A stretch of DNA of 64,000 nucleotides, taken from NCBI GenBank assembly GCA_019057375.1, contig DXJF01000148.1, forward strand, positions 1 to 64,000, read 5' to 3'. Every line of letters begins with the position of its first letter. Position 1 is the stretch's first letter. Source of the DNA: Candidatus Heimdallarchaeota archaeon. GTDB lineage: Archaea; Asgardarchaeota; Heimdallarchaeia; Heimdallarchaeales; Heimdallarchaeaceae. This document shows, in pieces, positions 9,587 through 20,820 of this stretch. The notes below the pieces were generated by a model, which had not been told where the DNA came from, did not search any database, and was given only the letters and a program-made list of their open reading frames with translations. The position numbers and the translations under genes were made by a program.

Positions 9587-11031
9587 CCTTGTCTTTGCAT
9601 CCTGTTAAACTGAGCCATTATTGTTGGTAGAAAATCATCTGGTCCTACTGAAATAGAAACAGAATCGTACCTTCTCAGTAATTTAAACATGTTCTGTCTT
9701 TCTCCTAACTGCTTTTCGACCATTGCATGACCGATCATCTGTTCCACTGGAGATAACTGTTGAGAAACAATCTCAAACCAGGGACCAAATGGTGAAATAA
9801 CAGTTATATTGTGTTTCTGTGCTCTAGCACGCCTAACAGCTTTCACCAAACGATCGGGATGTGACTCAAGATCTGTTAGAATTACTATATAGGAGGATCT
9901 TTTTACTCTTTGAAGTAGGTAGCTTATAGCAACTTCAAGATCTGCTTCTCCTTCAGGTTTGGCATAAGCTAAAGCTTCTAGAAATTGGAATAATCTAGAT
10001 CGTGTTGAAGTTACATCAACCCAATTCCGAACTTTATCGTTATATATACACATCCCCACTAAGTCTTTCTTCTCGAAAGCAAGATGTATTAATAAAACTG
10101 CACTGCGGATTGCATATTCTAGTTTTGTGTTCCTTGGTAAACCTGCACCCATACTAGCGGAGGAATCTATCAAAACCAGCACACGGATATTTTCTTCAGA
10201 TTCAAACTCACGAACCATCATTTTACCAGAACGTGAAAAAGCTTTCCAGTCGATGAATTTGAAAGGATCACCAGTTTGATATTTGCGAATACCCCAGAAA
10301 TCAGAGCCCATTCCTTTGAGTTTGGTTCTATGGAACCCAAATAGCAATCCTAGTTGCCTCTTCTTGCCCACCATATCTAGTTTCTTAATATCCTCATAAC
10401 TTGGATAAACTAGAATTTCTGTTTTAGATTTAATTTCACCTTCTGTTGCATAGAAACCCATTCTATCTCTGATTATTACTTTTGTAGGACCGATTTCGAA
10501 AAGTCCTCTAATAGGAATTCGAACTACATATCCATACGAGATGGTTTGTCTTGGATTAAGTTGCGTTACAATGAAATTTTCTCCAAGAATCAAATCGAAA
10601 ACTTCTGGTATAGCATCATAGATTTCAATAGCTGGCAGTTGATTAACTGATTTGTTTCTGGCAGTTACTTCGATATAGACATAATCACCAGCGAAAGCTT
10701 TTGGTTTGGACACTCGTCTCTTAATTTCTATTGATTTAGGATTAGAGCCCAACCTGTAGAAAGGCAAACCCAATAGAACTGAAAAGATCAGCATCACTCC
10801 ACCGATAATGAAGAACCAGATGAGAGTTCCTTGACTATCTACATAAAAATGAAGGAAATCCATAACTCCAAAACCCTCTGGGTCAGGTGTTCCTCCAGGG
10901 CCCTCTATTTGTGGATTAACACCGAAAGAGTCAAGCATCACATTGAGTGACAAATACCCTGCTAGTGCAAAGCCTGCACTAATCATGATGATTCCAGCAA
11001 ATATTAGCCAGCCACCTCGGCGAGTAAACAA
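9583..11031 (-). CDS. DUF58/vWA domain protein with two N-terminal TM helices
   Basis: GSDFWGIRKYQTGD..IDWKAFSR...VREFESE, LIDSSASM (DxSxS MIDAS), VILTDLE; adjacent to MoxR. Confidence 0.88.
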   Translation of the reverse strand: MFTRRGGWLIFAGIIMISAGFALAGYLSLNVMLDSFGVNPQIEGPGGTPDPEGFGVMDFLHFYVDSQGTLIWFFIIGGVMLIFSVLLGLPFYRLGSNPKSIEIKRRVSKPKAFAGDYVYIEVTARNKSVNQLPAIEIYDAIPEVFDLILGENFIVTQLNPRQTISYGYVVRIPIRGLFEIGPTKVIIRDRMGFYATEGEIKSKTEILVYPSYEDIKKLDMVGKKRQLGLLFGFHRTKLKGMGSDFWGIRKYQTGDPFKFIDWKAFSRSGKMMVREFESEENIRVLVLIDSSASMGAGLPRNTKLEYAIRSAVLLIHLAFEKKDLVGMCIYNDKVRNWVDVTSTRSRLFQFLEALAYAKPEGEADLEVAISYLLQRVKRSSYIVILTDLESHPDRLVKAVRRARAQKHNITVISPFGPWFEIVSQQLSPVEQMIGHAMVEKQLGERQNMFKLLRRYDSVSISVGPDDFLPTIMAQFNRMQRQG

Positions 11032-11054
11032 TATTTTCCACCTAGTTTTTGATT

Positions 11055-12071
11055 CTAGACAGGTACTGGTAGATTTCTCAATATTTCATTGACAACCATT
11101 GTACCAGTTGTTCCTTCTAATTCTGCTTCGGGCTTCATTTGTAATCTGTGTGCGGAAGCTACTCGAGCAATACGTTTGATATCGTCAGGAATAACATAAT
11201 CTCTACCACGCATTGCAGCAACGGATTTAGCAGCATTTAACAAAGCGATACTACAGCGAGGACTACCTCCAAGAGAAAGTCTGGGATCAGTTCGGGTTGA
11301 GACGGTCAGGTCTTTGATGTACTCCATAAGATCATCATGGATGTAAATTCTAGACTCAACGGTTTCTTTCATCTTGACTATAGTCATGGGAGTGGTAACT
11401 CTTCTGACGGTTTGTCGGACCTGGCTATGTTTCAACTTAATGATATCCATCTCTTCTTCAGGGGAAGGCAAATCAACTAGCAGTTTGAACATAAAACGGT
11501 CCACCTGAGCCTCTGGTAAAGGATAAGTTCCTTCCTGCTCAATTGGGTTTTGTGTTGCTATAACCAGAAACGGATCTTCCAGTTTGAATGTTGTTCCTTC
11601 CACTGTCACTTGTTTTTCTGCCATTGCTTCCAATAGAGCTGCTTGTGTCTTTGGTGGACTTCTGTTTATTTCGTCTGCTAAAAGTATGTTTGTAAATATT
11701 GGTCCTTTTCTCATCTTGAAAGTCCCTGCTTTTGGATCATATATTGTCGTTCCTACCACATCTGATGGTAGTAAATCTGGAGTAAATTGCACTCTTTTAA
11801 ACTCACATCCTAGTGTTTGAGCAAACGATTTAGCCATCACCGTTTTAGCTATTCCTGGAACACCTTCTAACAAAGCGTGTCCTCCTCCAAGTAGTGAGAT
11901 GAACATATCTTCTAGAACATCCAGTTTTCCAATGATCACTCTAGATAGTTCATTGTATATTTCATCCCATACTCTCTTAACGTCTTTCGGAGTTACAACT
12001 GCTTCAGTAGCTGCTTTAGCTTTCGCTTTTCCTTTTACTTCTTCATTTTTTTCTTCACTCATTTTTTTCAC
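11055..12071 (-). CDS. moxR: MoxR family AAA+ ATPase (copy 1)
   Basis: LLEGVPGIAKT, RVQFTPDLLPSD, LLADEINRSPPKTQAALLEAM, ATQNPIEQEGTYPLPEAQVDRF. Confidence 0.95.
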   Translation of the reverse strand: MKKMSEEKNEEVKGKAKAKAATEAVVTPKDVKRVWDEIYNELSRVIIGKLDVLEDMFISLLGGGHALLEGVPGIAKTVMAKSFAQTLGCEFKRVQFTPDLLPSDVVGTTIYDPKAGTFKMRKGPIFTNILLADEINRSPPKTQAALLEAMAEKQVTVEGTTFKLEDPFLVIATQNPIEQEGTYPLPEAQVDRFMFKLLVDLPSPEEEMDIIKLKHSQVRQTVRRVTTPMTIVKMKETVESRIYIHDDLMEYIKDLTVSTRTDPRLSLGGSPRCSIALLNAAKSVAAMRGRDYVIPDDIKRIARVASAHRLQMKPEAELEGTTGTMVVNEILRNLPVPV

Positions 12072-12084
12072 TTTTCCTTTTTAA

Positions 12085-13749
12085 TTAACTTCCAGGCAAT
12101 CTATCGATTAAACCCTTTATGAATGTCATATACTTCATAAACACATGTTCTGGTAGAACGCGTGGTTTTGCCAAATAGGCATCAATTCTAATTAACATAT
12201 CAAGTAGATCTTTTTGCCTTAGTGATGGATCTCTTTCACTGAAGTACTCTGCTATTTCTTCAGGTGTTGACATTGATTGTTTTGTCACCTTTCTCAACCC
12301 TCTCACCATTGTTCTGTGAAGTAGACCTACTGCTTCGCTATATGCCCCCGTGTCAACTATTCTCCTTATCTCTCTTTCAAACCTTGACTTTCCTTTTTCT
12401 CCTCGATACTTTGTCCAAAGTATTGGAGTCAGACGGGTTTTCTTTGGTATCAAACGATAGCCCAATATAGCAAAAATAATAGGTATAAATGGTGCATAGA
12501 GAGGAAACATGGACATCTCTGTAATAAATCTCATCAAAACCATGGAGTAGACTGTTGCACTATAGAACTTCTGATGTGCGTGCCCTTCATCAAAAATTAT
12601 TGGTACGGCTTTTGGATCAGTTGTATTCATATCTGCTGTAAGATAATTGAATAAATTGATTGAGAATTGTGCATTATCATTCTCTGTTGTTTCGTCAATC
12701 CATTTATTGATGAATATGTCTGGATCTCCAATCATAACTATTTTTCCTCGGCCTATAGGTAAGGTCAAAATAGGTGCAAACATGGCATTTCCCCATTCAC
12801 CAGCATCAGGTGTTGCTGTTCCATCTTTTGCAGATTGGAAATCTGATTCTAACCAAGATGATTCGGTTGTGTAGAAAGGTAGGAATGGCAAGAAGAAATA
12901 ACCCGCATCAATACCTAGATGTTCAAGCAAATTAATAGCTTGCAGAGGCATCCAATCCGTTCTGGAAGTTTTGACTGTTTCAGCCTCATCTAGATAGACC
13001 GTATGTTTCATAGCAATACTTAATGCTGTTCCAAATTCCATCTGAAGTCTATCAACACCAGTTGTTAATGGAGTTGACACAGCTGGAGTTAGAATTGGCT
13101 GGGCAGGATTAACAGTATAACTTTCGGCATCCATCAATACAGATCCATTAAAAGCAAAACCTTTCATCATACCTAGCAGTTCGAAGAAAATGGTTTCTTC
13201 TGTTACTTCACCATCCTCACCACCAAATCCGAACAGTTCGGCTAAGGTTGGTATGCCGCCTTGCATCATGGCAATTTGATCCCAAGTATTAATTATATTG
13301 AATAATGGTTCAAATATTTCGGCCCCCGTTCCATAATCGTCAGCAACTAGTAAACTTCCTCCTCTAGCTAGGAAAGTTATTAGTGAGATTGTGTCAGTTG
13401 TACTATACTGTGTAGCAGGTCCGATTATTGCAAAAACACCGGGTTCACATACTCTATTCAACAAAGATAAAGAAGACATTCCATTGGTAATGTTAGTAAA
13501 ACCATCATTTTCAAGCACTTGACGCATACTTGATAAACCATCCCAGCTGTCACTATAAATACTGAATTTTGTTCCATATCCACCTAGTCCTACAAGACCT
13601 AGAAAGATAGGTACAACTACGATCATGAACAGAATAGACATCACAATTGTGTATTTAGTGAAACTAAATTTTGGTCTAAATCTAGTTCTTCTTCTTGATT
13701 GTCTTTCTTGTTCTGCCTTTACTCTTGGTTGGTTTTCTTGTTGGCTCAA
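12085..13749 (-). CDS. DUF4350-like extracellular domain membrane protein with C-terminal DUF4129-like tail
   Basis: N-terminal TM, 'WDGLSSMRQVLE', 'FLARGGSLLVADD', 'GRGKIVMIGDPDIFIN', 'IIFDEGH', TM, then 'STPEEIA'. Confidence 0.7.
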   Translation of the reverse strand: MSQQENQPRVKAEQERQSRRRTRFRPKFSFTKYTIVMSILFMIVVVPIFLGLVGLGGYGTKFSIYSDSWDGLSSMRQVLENDGFTNITNGMSSLSLLNRVCEPGVFAIIGPATQYSTTDTISLITFLARGGSLLVADDYGTGAEIFEPLFNIINTWDQIAMMQGGIPTLAELFGFGGEDGEVTEETIFFELLGMMKGFAFNGSVLMDAESYTVNPAQPILTPAVSTPLTTGVDRLQMEFGTALSIAMKHTVYLDEAETVKTSRTDWMPLQAINLLEHLGIDAGYFFLPFLPFYTTESSWLESDFQSAKDGTATPDAGEWGNAMFAPILTLPIGRGKIVMIGDPDIFINKWIDETTENDNAQFSINLFNYLTADMNTTDPKAVPIIFDEGHAHQKFYSATVYSMVLMRFITEMSMFPLYAPFIPIIFAILGYRLIPKKTRLTPILWTKYRGEKGKSRFEREIRRIVDTGAYSEAVGLLHRTMVRGLRKVTKQSMSTPEEIAEYFSERDPSLRQKDLLDMLIRIDAYLAKPRVLPEHVFMKYMTFIKGLIDRLPGS

Positions 13750-14137
13750 CTACTTCTACACCCTGTTCTCTTATTCCTCTGAAACAGATATCTAGTCTCT
13801 GGATTGCTTCTTGATAATCATCATAAGATATGTCGGCATCAGTATAACGAGCAATCTCAAATGATGTCAGGTATTCATCCATAACTTCATGTGAAATATT
13901 TGCAGTGTTTGCTACATTAATACCAAATTCTCGTCCTGTTTCGTAAGGAGCACGAGCCATGCTAAGAAGACCATCAGCGATGTTTGTTAAACCTCCAAAA
14001 GAGGCTATTACAGCACCTCTATAGTCTTGTCGTTGCTCGAAAATTCTAACATCTGCCATTACAGATGTAAACATTTGGTTTAAAGCTTTGACTTGTTTTC
14101 TTCTTTTAAAGAATCCAGATGATTTACTACGACTCAA
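13682..14137 (-). CDS. Small DUF4129-like protein
   Basis: 'YRGAVIASF...PYETGREF...LTSFEIARY' pattern. Confidence 0.7.
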   Translation of the reverse strand: MSRSKSSGFFKRRKQVKALNQMFTSVMADVRIFEQRQDYRGAVIASFGGLTNIADGLLSMARAPYETGREFGINVANTANISHEVMDEYLTSFEIARYTDADISYDDYQEAIQRLDICFRGIREQGVEVVEPTRKPTKSKGRTRKTIKKKN

Positions 14138-17100
14138 TTTTCATTTCACCTACTTCAATTTTATCTACTATTTTTAATAAAGCACGCACTCCAGCATTGA
14201 AATCTTTTTCAGTGATTTCTTCAAAGCCATATCGTGCTTTTTCGAAATACTCTAAGAGAGTACCAATGAGCTCTCGCTCAATTTTACCTTGATAAGCTAA
14301 TAATCGTGCAAATTCGGTAGGAGTTTGACTCCTATATCTTGGGAGATCAAAGAATTCTCTACCAATACCCTCCACAACACTCCATGTCTTTAACAAACCT
14401 TGTTTATATCTTCCCTCTAACCCATCTTTCTTAATGTCATCAATTATCTCTCGCAGATAATCTCTCAATCTTCTTCTGAATGTTTGTTTCTTAGCATAAG
14501 TTTGAATTGTATGTCTATTGAACCAGAGGAATAAACCTGCTAGAATAAGAACAACTGCACCAGCTGCTCCACCTATAATTGCTCCTAGATTATTGATTCG
14601 TAATCCAGTGCTTTCATAGACTACTGATAAACTTCTTAATGCAGTACCCGTGTTTTCAACGGCATCAGTAGCCGCTATTGTATAAAGGAGAGCATATGTT
14701 CCCGAAGTTCTGAATATAAATTGTGACAAATCTACTGTTGCCGTGAAGATATCACTAGTGCCTATCCTAGTCATTTCTACAGAATAATCTTGAACAATAA
14801 ATGTCGATCCAAGTGAGATGGTAATATTAAGAGTAACAGCAGAAACATTGGTTAATGTATCTATTACTGATGCATTAAAAGTTAAAACAGAATCAGGATC
14901 AGCTGTACCATTAATTGCATTTACAGTTATTCCGAAGATGTTGGGACTATCGGAATCATCCGTAATGAGAAACATAGTATCAAAAATTTCAAAATTAAAC
15001 AAAGGTAGAGCTAGATCTGTTGCAACATAATTCCAAGTATAATTGTAATTATAATCCAAATCTAAGTGATAAATCCATTCATTTGTTGCCGGTACTTGTG
15101 TCATCAATCCTTCAGTGATGTTTGCTTCAAAGACATCTGTTACAAGATTGGTTCTACTCACAAAAATATAAACATACCACATACCACTATAAACAACTGA
15201 ATCATTAATAAATACAGAAATATCAACATAAGGGTTAGGAACATTGCCAGAATAAATTGCTACAGGAGAAGCAAGTTCAACTGGTTCATGAACATCTCCT
15301 ACTCTATAATAACCATTCTCGTTATCAGTATAACCAAAATTAGCATCATACCACTGTGCTGGAAGAAGTTGTCTACTTCCAGTAGCATCTAATCCATGTC
15401 CTGCATAGTCCTTGACCTCCACTAAATATACAACATACCATTGATTCTGAGAAACGAACATTGTTATATTATCTTCATAAGTATCAGGCGCAATATTTGT
15501 AAGAGTCACACTTGCAGAGGAGTCATAAATGGCATTATGGTCATAAAAATCGTAATAAACTATAACAGACCTAACTCCTGAATGAGCATCAGTAGCAACA
15601 ACTGTGAAAGTGATATTGAAATAAGGATCATGTGTGGCTGTGCTGTTTGGATCAGGTGTCAAATTCACACTCACCAAAGTAGGAACTTCGGTATCAGGAC
15701 CATAGATGTTGATAGTCTGTGTGATAGTTGTTGCTGGTGCATAATCTCCACCTGTTGCTATTAAATCTCCTGTAAAAGCAAGATTGTGATCCCAACCAGC
15801 ACCCAAATGAGTCTCATCATATCTTACCCAGTTTTGACCAGCTGTAACAACAAAGGAAGCTACTTGTCCTGCAAAGGTTATTGAAATTTCAGCACCTACA
15901 GGATTTCTTGCCCATTGATCCGCTGCACTTAGTTGATAATAATCATTATTTGTTTCAAAGTCATTCCAGAAAGTTCTATTCCAAACATCTCTTGTAGTTC
16001 CATCTAGAGCTGCTCCGCCATCATTATCTGTTAGAGTTAGTGAAAGAGCATAATATATATTAAAATTATCAAATGCAGTTGGGGAACTTGGAGCATAATA
16101 TTTGTATGCTCCTCCATCATAATCTAATCCTGTAACAGTTATAGGCTCTATTGAAGCTTGAACTGCGTAACTGGGAACTAGAGAGATTATATCTCTATCT
16201 CCACTAGCTGCTGTAAAGTAGAAATCAGATGGCTCACCTGTGAAATCTATTTGAAATTGTGAGAACGGACATAAATTACCATTGGTATCTTCAATTTCTA
16301 CATTGAAATCAATAGGTAATCCTACTGTATAGAAATTTGTTGTATCAACAATCGTTATACGAACTGTCGTTATATTTACGGTGAGTATTGATTGCAAATC
16401 ATCCCCGATCATTCTTGCTCCAGGAAATTCTGAGCTTACAGGTTGCAGATAAATGATAAGACCTTGAGTTATATCAGAAACATTAACTGAAGGATTCAAG
16501 TAGGTGCTAAATTTGATTCCACCTGTAGAATTGGTTGTATGAATCCATGGAGAAGTGTGATTAGTCCCATCATAATAATAAATTACAGTAATATTTTCTC
16601 CATTTGCTAAACCTGAACTAGAGGATAGATTCGCTTGGATTTCTATTGTGTCTCCGATTTGAATATCTATAGCTGTTTTAGTTAAGCCTGTTCCTGTAAC
16701 ATAGTAAGCATCAACTATAGCAGATTCTTCTGTATTTCTAGACAATGAAGCAGTCAATGGTTCAGAAGAAAGAAATGTCAATGAGCCTAATTTTACAAAG
16801 AAACTAAAAGGCAATTGAGTTATATCATAATCGATAGAATAAATTACCGTATCTGTTCCTGCTGAAGGAGATATTCCACTATAGATATACTGATTGGAAG
16901 CGAACACTGCAGTACCACTATCATCAGAAGCACTGTAAGTTATCCAATTAACATCATAATCAAGATTTGTTCCTGTAACATCAACAACTGTACCATTATC
17001 ATAAAGTATCTGAGATGTGAATGAATACGGAGCATTAGGATTACTAACTACTGCATCAACATCAAATTCTAGTTGTCCATAGAACTCAACAGTTACATTT

Positions 17101-17777
17101 CCAGGACTTCCTTCTGCCCAATCAGGACTTGTTCCTCCCCTATACCAAGTTAGTAGGGTAACATCTCCTACTTTAGAGAATGGGTCAATAGTTGAGTTTG
17201 AAGTAACTAAATCAATATTAAATACTCCTCCAGCACCACTTACTCCTGAACCCACCTCATATTGAGGATTACCATCATAAAGTGCTTTGTTTGATTCATA
17301 TGTAGCTCTTGTTATATTATAGTAAAGATATACAGTTTCACCTACCCAAAAATCACCAGGTAGGGCTGTTCCGAGTACTCCAGTAACAGTGATTGTATCT
17401 CCTCTGAAAAATTGATCACTAGGATTAGGAAGTGTAATTGACTTTATAGTACCCAAATCAGGATCAAATAGATTGGATTCCTTTAGTTTTACTTCTAAAA
17501 TTTGTGTATGGGGTTGTCTTGCACTAATAGAAGTTTTAGGGGATTCAGTTTCAGAATCAGATATATCAGAACGGATGGGTGGAGTAAACTTGAATTCATT
17601 CCTTGCTAGTTCAAAAGGAAATTCAGAATGAAGAGCTGAAGAACCATGAGTAATGGAAGTATTTTCTTCATTCTGTTTACTTATCATTACTTCACTATAG
17701 ACTGGAATAATCAAACTACTAGTTATTGCAACTAGAAAAATGACAGTTAGTATTTGATATGTCCTTCTTCTATTCAT
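14127..17777 (-). CDS. Large surface glycoprotein (signal peptide, Ig-like beta repeats, TM anchor, cytoplasmic DUF4129-like domain)
   Basis: Hydrophobic N-terminal leader, Thr/Ser/Asn-rich beta segments with many NxS/T sequons, TM near aa 1070-1095, then 'SQTPTEFAR...FEKARYG'. Confidence 0.75.
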   Translation of the reverse strand: MNRRRTYQILTVIFLVAITSSLIIPVYSEVMISKQNEENTSITHGSSALHSEFPFELARNEFKFTPPIRSDISDSETESPKTSISARQPHTQILEVKLKESNLFDPDLGTIKSITLPNPSDQFFRGDTITVTGVLGTALPGDFWVGETVYLYYNITRATYESNKALYDGNPQYEVGSGVSGAGGVFNIDLVTSNSTIDPFSKVGDVTLLTWYRGGTSPDWAEGSPGNVTVEFYGQLEFDVDAVVSNPNAPYSFTSQILYDNGTVVDVTGTNLDYDVNWITYSASDDSGTAVFASNQYIYSGISPSAGTDTVIYSIDYDITQLPFSFFVKLGSLTFLSSEPLTASLSRNTEESAIVDAYYVTGTGLTKTAIDIQIGDTIEIQANLSSSSGLANGENITVIYYYDGTNHTSPWIHTTNSTGGIKFSTYLNPSVNVSDITQGLIIYLQPVSSEFPGARMIGDDLQSILTVNITTVRITIVDTTNFYTVGLPIDFNVEIEDTNGNLCPFSQFQIDFTGEPSDFYFTAASGDRDIISLVPSYAVQASIEPITVTGLDYDGGAYKYYAPSSPTAFDNFNIYYALSLTLTDNDGGAALDGTTRDVWNRTFWNDFETNNDYYQLSAADQWARNPVGAEISITFAGQVASFVVTAGQNWVRYDETHLGAGWDHNLAFTGDLIATGGDYAPATTITQTINIYGPDTEVPTLVSVNLTPDPNSTATHDPYFNITFTVVATDAHSGVRSVIVYYDFYDHNAIYDSSASVTLTNIAPDTYEDNITMFVSQNQWYVVYLVEVKDYAGHGLDATGSRQLLPAQWYDANFGYTDNENGYYRVGDVHEPVELASPVAIYSGNVPNPYVDISVFINDSVVYSGMWYVYIFVSRTNLVTDVFEANITEGLMTQVPATNEWIYHLDLDYNYNYTWNYVATDLALPLFNFEIFDTMFLITDDSDSPNIFGITVNAINGTADPDSVLTFNASVIDTLTNVSAVTLNITISLGSTFIVQDYSVEMTRIGTSDIFTATVDLSQFIFRTSGTYALLYTIAATDAVENTGTALRSLSVVYESTGLRINNLGAIIGGAAGAVVLILAGLFLWFNRHTIQTYAKKQTFRRRLRDYLREIIDDIKKDGLEGRYKQGLLKTWSVVEGIGREFFDLPRYRSQTPTEFARLLAYQGKIERELIGTLLEYFEKARYGFEEITEKDFNAGVRALLKIVDKIEVGEMKIES

Positions 17778-17778
17778 T

Positions 17779-20700
17779 TCAGTGTTTCACATCCTTGGTA
17801 AACAACATGATTAAGCAGTTGATTTCTGTTAGATATTCATTATTTGTACCACTAAGCATACCCGATATACCAATGTCGGTAATACTGTATGCCATTAAGA
17901 CTTGAGAGGATATTGAAGATTTTACGTTCGTCAAAGCATAACTCATTTGAGCTGGTGGAAAAGCGATAGTTATTGATGCAGATATATTCCACGTGTCTAG
18001 ATAGAATACTACCAATCTATAGAAACCTGGCCCGTATTGTGTAACATCCACACTAAGAGTTGTGTTATAGAAACCATTTACATCGCTTGTTCCTGAACTT
18101 ACATCATAAGCACCATATAGTATTCCAGCAGCTTTAACAACATCTAAATCAGCTTTCAATGTTGTTGCATCAGTTTTATCCGCTGCATCATAGACTGATT
18201 GTTTTACAAGCCATATTTCGACTTCTTCACCGACTATTGGACTTGGTGATCCACCTGGAGGTTCTTGATACAGATAAATATCTACATCAGGAGCAAAGAT
18301 GTCTCCATCAACTCCTTGGTTATGGTAATAATCACTTGAATCTACAGTTGAATATTTTCCATCGAAGTAAAGCATAATTGTGTAAGTATAATTCTGTCCA
18401 AATAAGGCAGCAATATAGTACGCAGCACCAACTGTTACAGTAGGAGTTAAGGTTGATAAAACATTGGTTGTTCCTTGCATAGTATAAACACTCGAATTAC
18501 CATTTGAATCTGTAGAAGCAGTTCCTATCACTCTTAATGTAGCTGGATCCAATGTTCCGAGAAGTAAATCATTTTTCTCATTTTCATCTAAAATATAGTA
18601 GGTAACTAAGCGACCTTCTAAAGGCGATGTCAGATCAGCGAATTCAAATAGCTCAGTTGAGATCTGATATTGAACTCCTTTTTGCATTAAGAATAAATCA
18701 AACGTTCCCACAGGAGGTGGACTTGGATTTGGAAGTGTATCTTTTGTAGCGTTTATACTTATACCTGTTAGATATCCAGTAGGTATAATTACAAATCCCG
18801 TGTAATTCGTTGAAAGTAACGTCACGTAAGCTAATAAAACATAAGCCGTTCCTCCAGGATTGCTCGGATTGTAAACACTATACGACAGGGGATTCCATTC
18901 CGTGTAAAGTTCTGCTACTCCTCCTACCACTGATATAGCTGTACCTAGATTGTTTGCTACAGATAATAAAACTGCAGGATTTGTTGAATATGTTTGTAAT
19001 TGAGCTACTGTTACTGTTGCAAAATTGACTGTAGCCCCTTCTACAGAGCCAGTTTCATCACTGACTGTTGCTCTAAGAGTATAATTATTAGTATAATCGG
19101 TAAGATAAACGTCTTCTCCATCTATGTTTTGTTTGGTAACTGGAAGATACGAAATCGGTTCTCCAAATATTTCTATGCTTACATTGAATGAAGAGTACAG
19201 AGTGTTTTCACAATAATACATTGAACTTGTATCTAGATCAACATAAGGTCCCATTTGGAACTGACCCCATCTGAAGGTAGGTCCGCCCCCTCCTTCGTCT
19301 ACTGGGAGAAGAGCTTCAACCCAAGCGTAGAGATTTTCAGTTAGTGATAGGGTTCTAATTGTAGAAGTTCCATCTCCAATTGCAAAACCAATTACAGGAC
19401 GACAAGGTATGTTATTTAATCTTAAAGTCATAATGGCCAAAGCTATATATGCGGAAGCGGAAGTATCTGAACCTTCCAAAAGAAGTTGAGCTCTATCTCG
19501 ATCATTGTTATCATCACTATCAGCTGTTGGCATTCCAAAATCGGATAATATCTTCTCCAAAATGTATGTTGTTTGCTGATATATTGAATGACCATTTGTT
19601 ATTCCATAATTTGCAGCATCTGCTGCATATGCAGCTACCAAAGGAGAGATAGTCTCATAATTCAATGGTTTCTGAAGGAAACGAGCGAATGTTGAATTAT
19701 ACCAGCTCGTATGAAGATATGTATAATTGTCATAATCTGTTGAATCAGAAATAATGGAGGAAATATTGTCATCTCTGACAAAATAAGGTTGATAATTAAA
19801 ATCTCCAAAGAATCCTACTTGATTGGTTGTAGCTTTCAAAGATAACATGTCATTTAGATTATATTTGACATCAGTTGTTCCTTCTACAGCACTCACAGTA
19901 CCATTTTCATCAACTAGGTTATCTGTCCAATTTAGATCATTTGTCAGGAATGGTTCATTGTAATTATTACTCCAAGTGGATATTAATTGTGTAAGTAGAG
20001 CAGTTTGAACACTATAAACCAATTGAGTTACACTTAATTGTTGATAACTACTTGGAGGGTCAGAATGAGTCGCCGGGTCATGATTTTCAGCCGTCAAATC
20101 AAATCTAGTTTCGCCACTCGTCTCAACGAAATCCCAAGAGCTCGCTTGATAATAATCCTTAATGTCCCACCGATAAAGATAGTTCCCTAATGTACCAGAA
20201 AGAGCTTCTACTTGTGCTATTTCATTTATATCAAGATCAGGATCCAAATCCATGTTATCTAAAAGATCTAGAATACCATCTATGTAAAATGGTGCATCTC
20301 CTGTAAAAAGTGAATCAAACCATGAGGGATTGGTGTCCATTGGTGTGATTTCACCAGGAGGTAAATCACGATATTTTCCAATCAAATTGAAATAAGGAGT
20401 AAAGAAAGAAACCAATAATGAACCTATGATAAAGCCTACAACCATTATCCTTTTCACACTATGTCTCGTGCGTATTTTTGGGAAAGAAAATGATTTTGCT
20501 TCAAAAGCAATCAGAACTAAAAATACCTCTAGTATTAAAACAACGGGTACGATGTACTTCAGAAACAAATCGGGTAATGGAATAGGAATAAATGTAATGA
20601 AATAAGAATTAATAATTGTTACAACTAAAAGCCCAAGAAATAGAGTAGAAAAAACTATGTTCCAAGCGGTTATACCTCTGGGCATCATTGCAGCTATAGG

Positions 20701-20820
20701 GAACTTGTCGCTTCCTGTTTTTATTTTTCTATATTTAGGAACTACAGCAGGTTTTGTCTTTAGTTTAGTTCCCTCTTTAAATCGACTAATGCTTTTAGCC
20801 GAATCTTTGCTTTCTGACAT
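17779..20820 (-). CDS. Transglutaminase-like domain membrane/surface protein (catalytic residues substituted)
   Basis: Three N-terminal TMs; core 'AYIALAIMTLRLNNIPCRPVIGF...YAWVE' matches the transglutaminase-core spacing; followed by Ig-like segments. Confidence 0.72.
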   Translation of the reverse strand: MSESKDSAKSISRFKEGTKLKTKPAVVPKYRKIKTGSDKFPIAAMMPRGITAWNIVFSTLFLGLLVVTIINSYFITFIPIPLPDLFLKYIVPVVLILEVFLVLIAFEAKSFSFPKIRTRHSVKRIMVVGFIIGSLLVSFFTPYFNLIGKYRDLPPGEITPMDTNPSWFDSLFTGDAPFYIDGILDLLDNMDLDPDLDINEIAQVEALSGTLGNYLYRWDIKDYYQASSWDFVETSGETRFDLTAENHDPATHSDPPSSYQQLSVTQLVYSVQTALLTQLISTWSNNYNEPFLTNDLNWTDNLVDENGTVSAVEGTTDVKYNLNDMLSLKATTNQVGFFGDFNYQPYFVRDDNISSIISDSTDYDNYTYLHTSWYNSTFARFLQKPLNYETISPLVAAYAADAANYGITNGHSIYQQTTYILEKILSDFGMPTADSDDNNDRDRAQLLLEGSDTSASAYIALAIMTLRLNNIPCRPVIGFAIGDGTSTIRTLSLTENLYAWVEALLPVDEGGGGPTFRWGQFQMGPYVDLDTSSMYYCENTLYSSFNVSIEIFGEPISYLPVTKQNIDGEDVYLTDYTNNYTLRATVSDETGSVEGATVNFATVTVAQLQTYSTNPAVLLSVANNLGTAISVVGGVAELYTEWNPLSYSVYNPSNPGGTAYVLLAYVTLLSTNYTGFVIIPTGYLTGISINATKDTLPNPSPPPVGTFDLFLMQKGVQYQISTELFEFADLTSPLEGRLVTYYILDENEKNDLLLGTLDPATLRVIGTASTDSNGNSSVYTMQGTTNVLSTLTPTVTVGAAYYIAALFGQNYTYTIMLYFDGKYSTVDSSDYYHNQGVDGDIFAPDVDIYLYQEPPGGSPSPIVGEEVEIWLVKQSVYDAADKTDATTLKADLDVVKAAGILYGAYDVSSGTSDVNGFYNTTLSVDVTQYGPGFYRLVVFYLDTWNISASITIAFPPAQMSYALTNVKSSISSQVLMAYSITDIGISGMLSGTNNEYLTEINCLIMLFTKDVKH

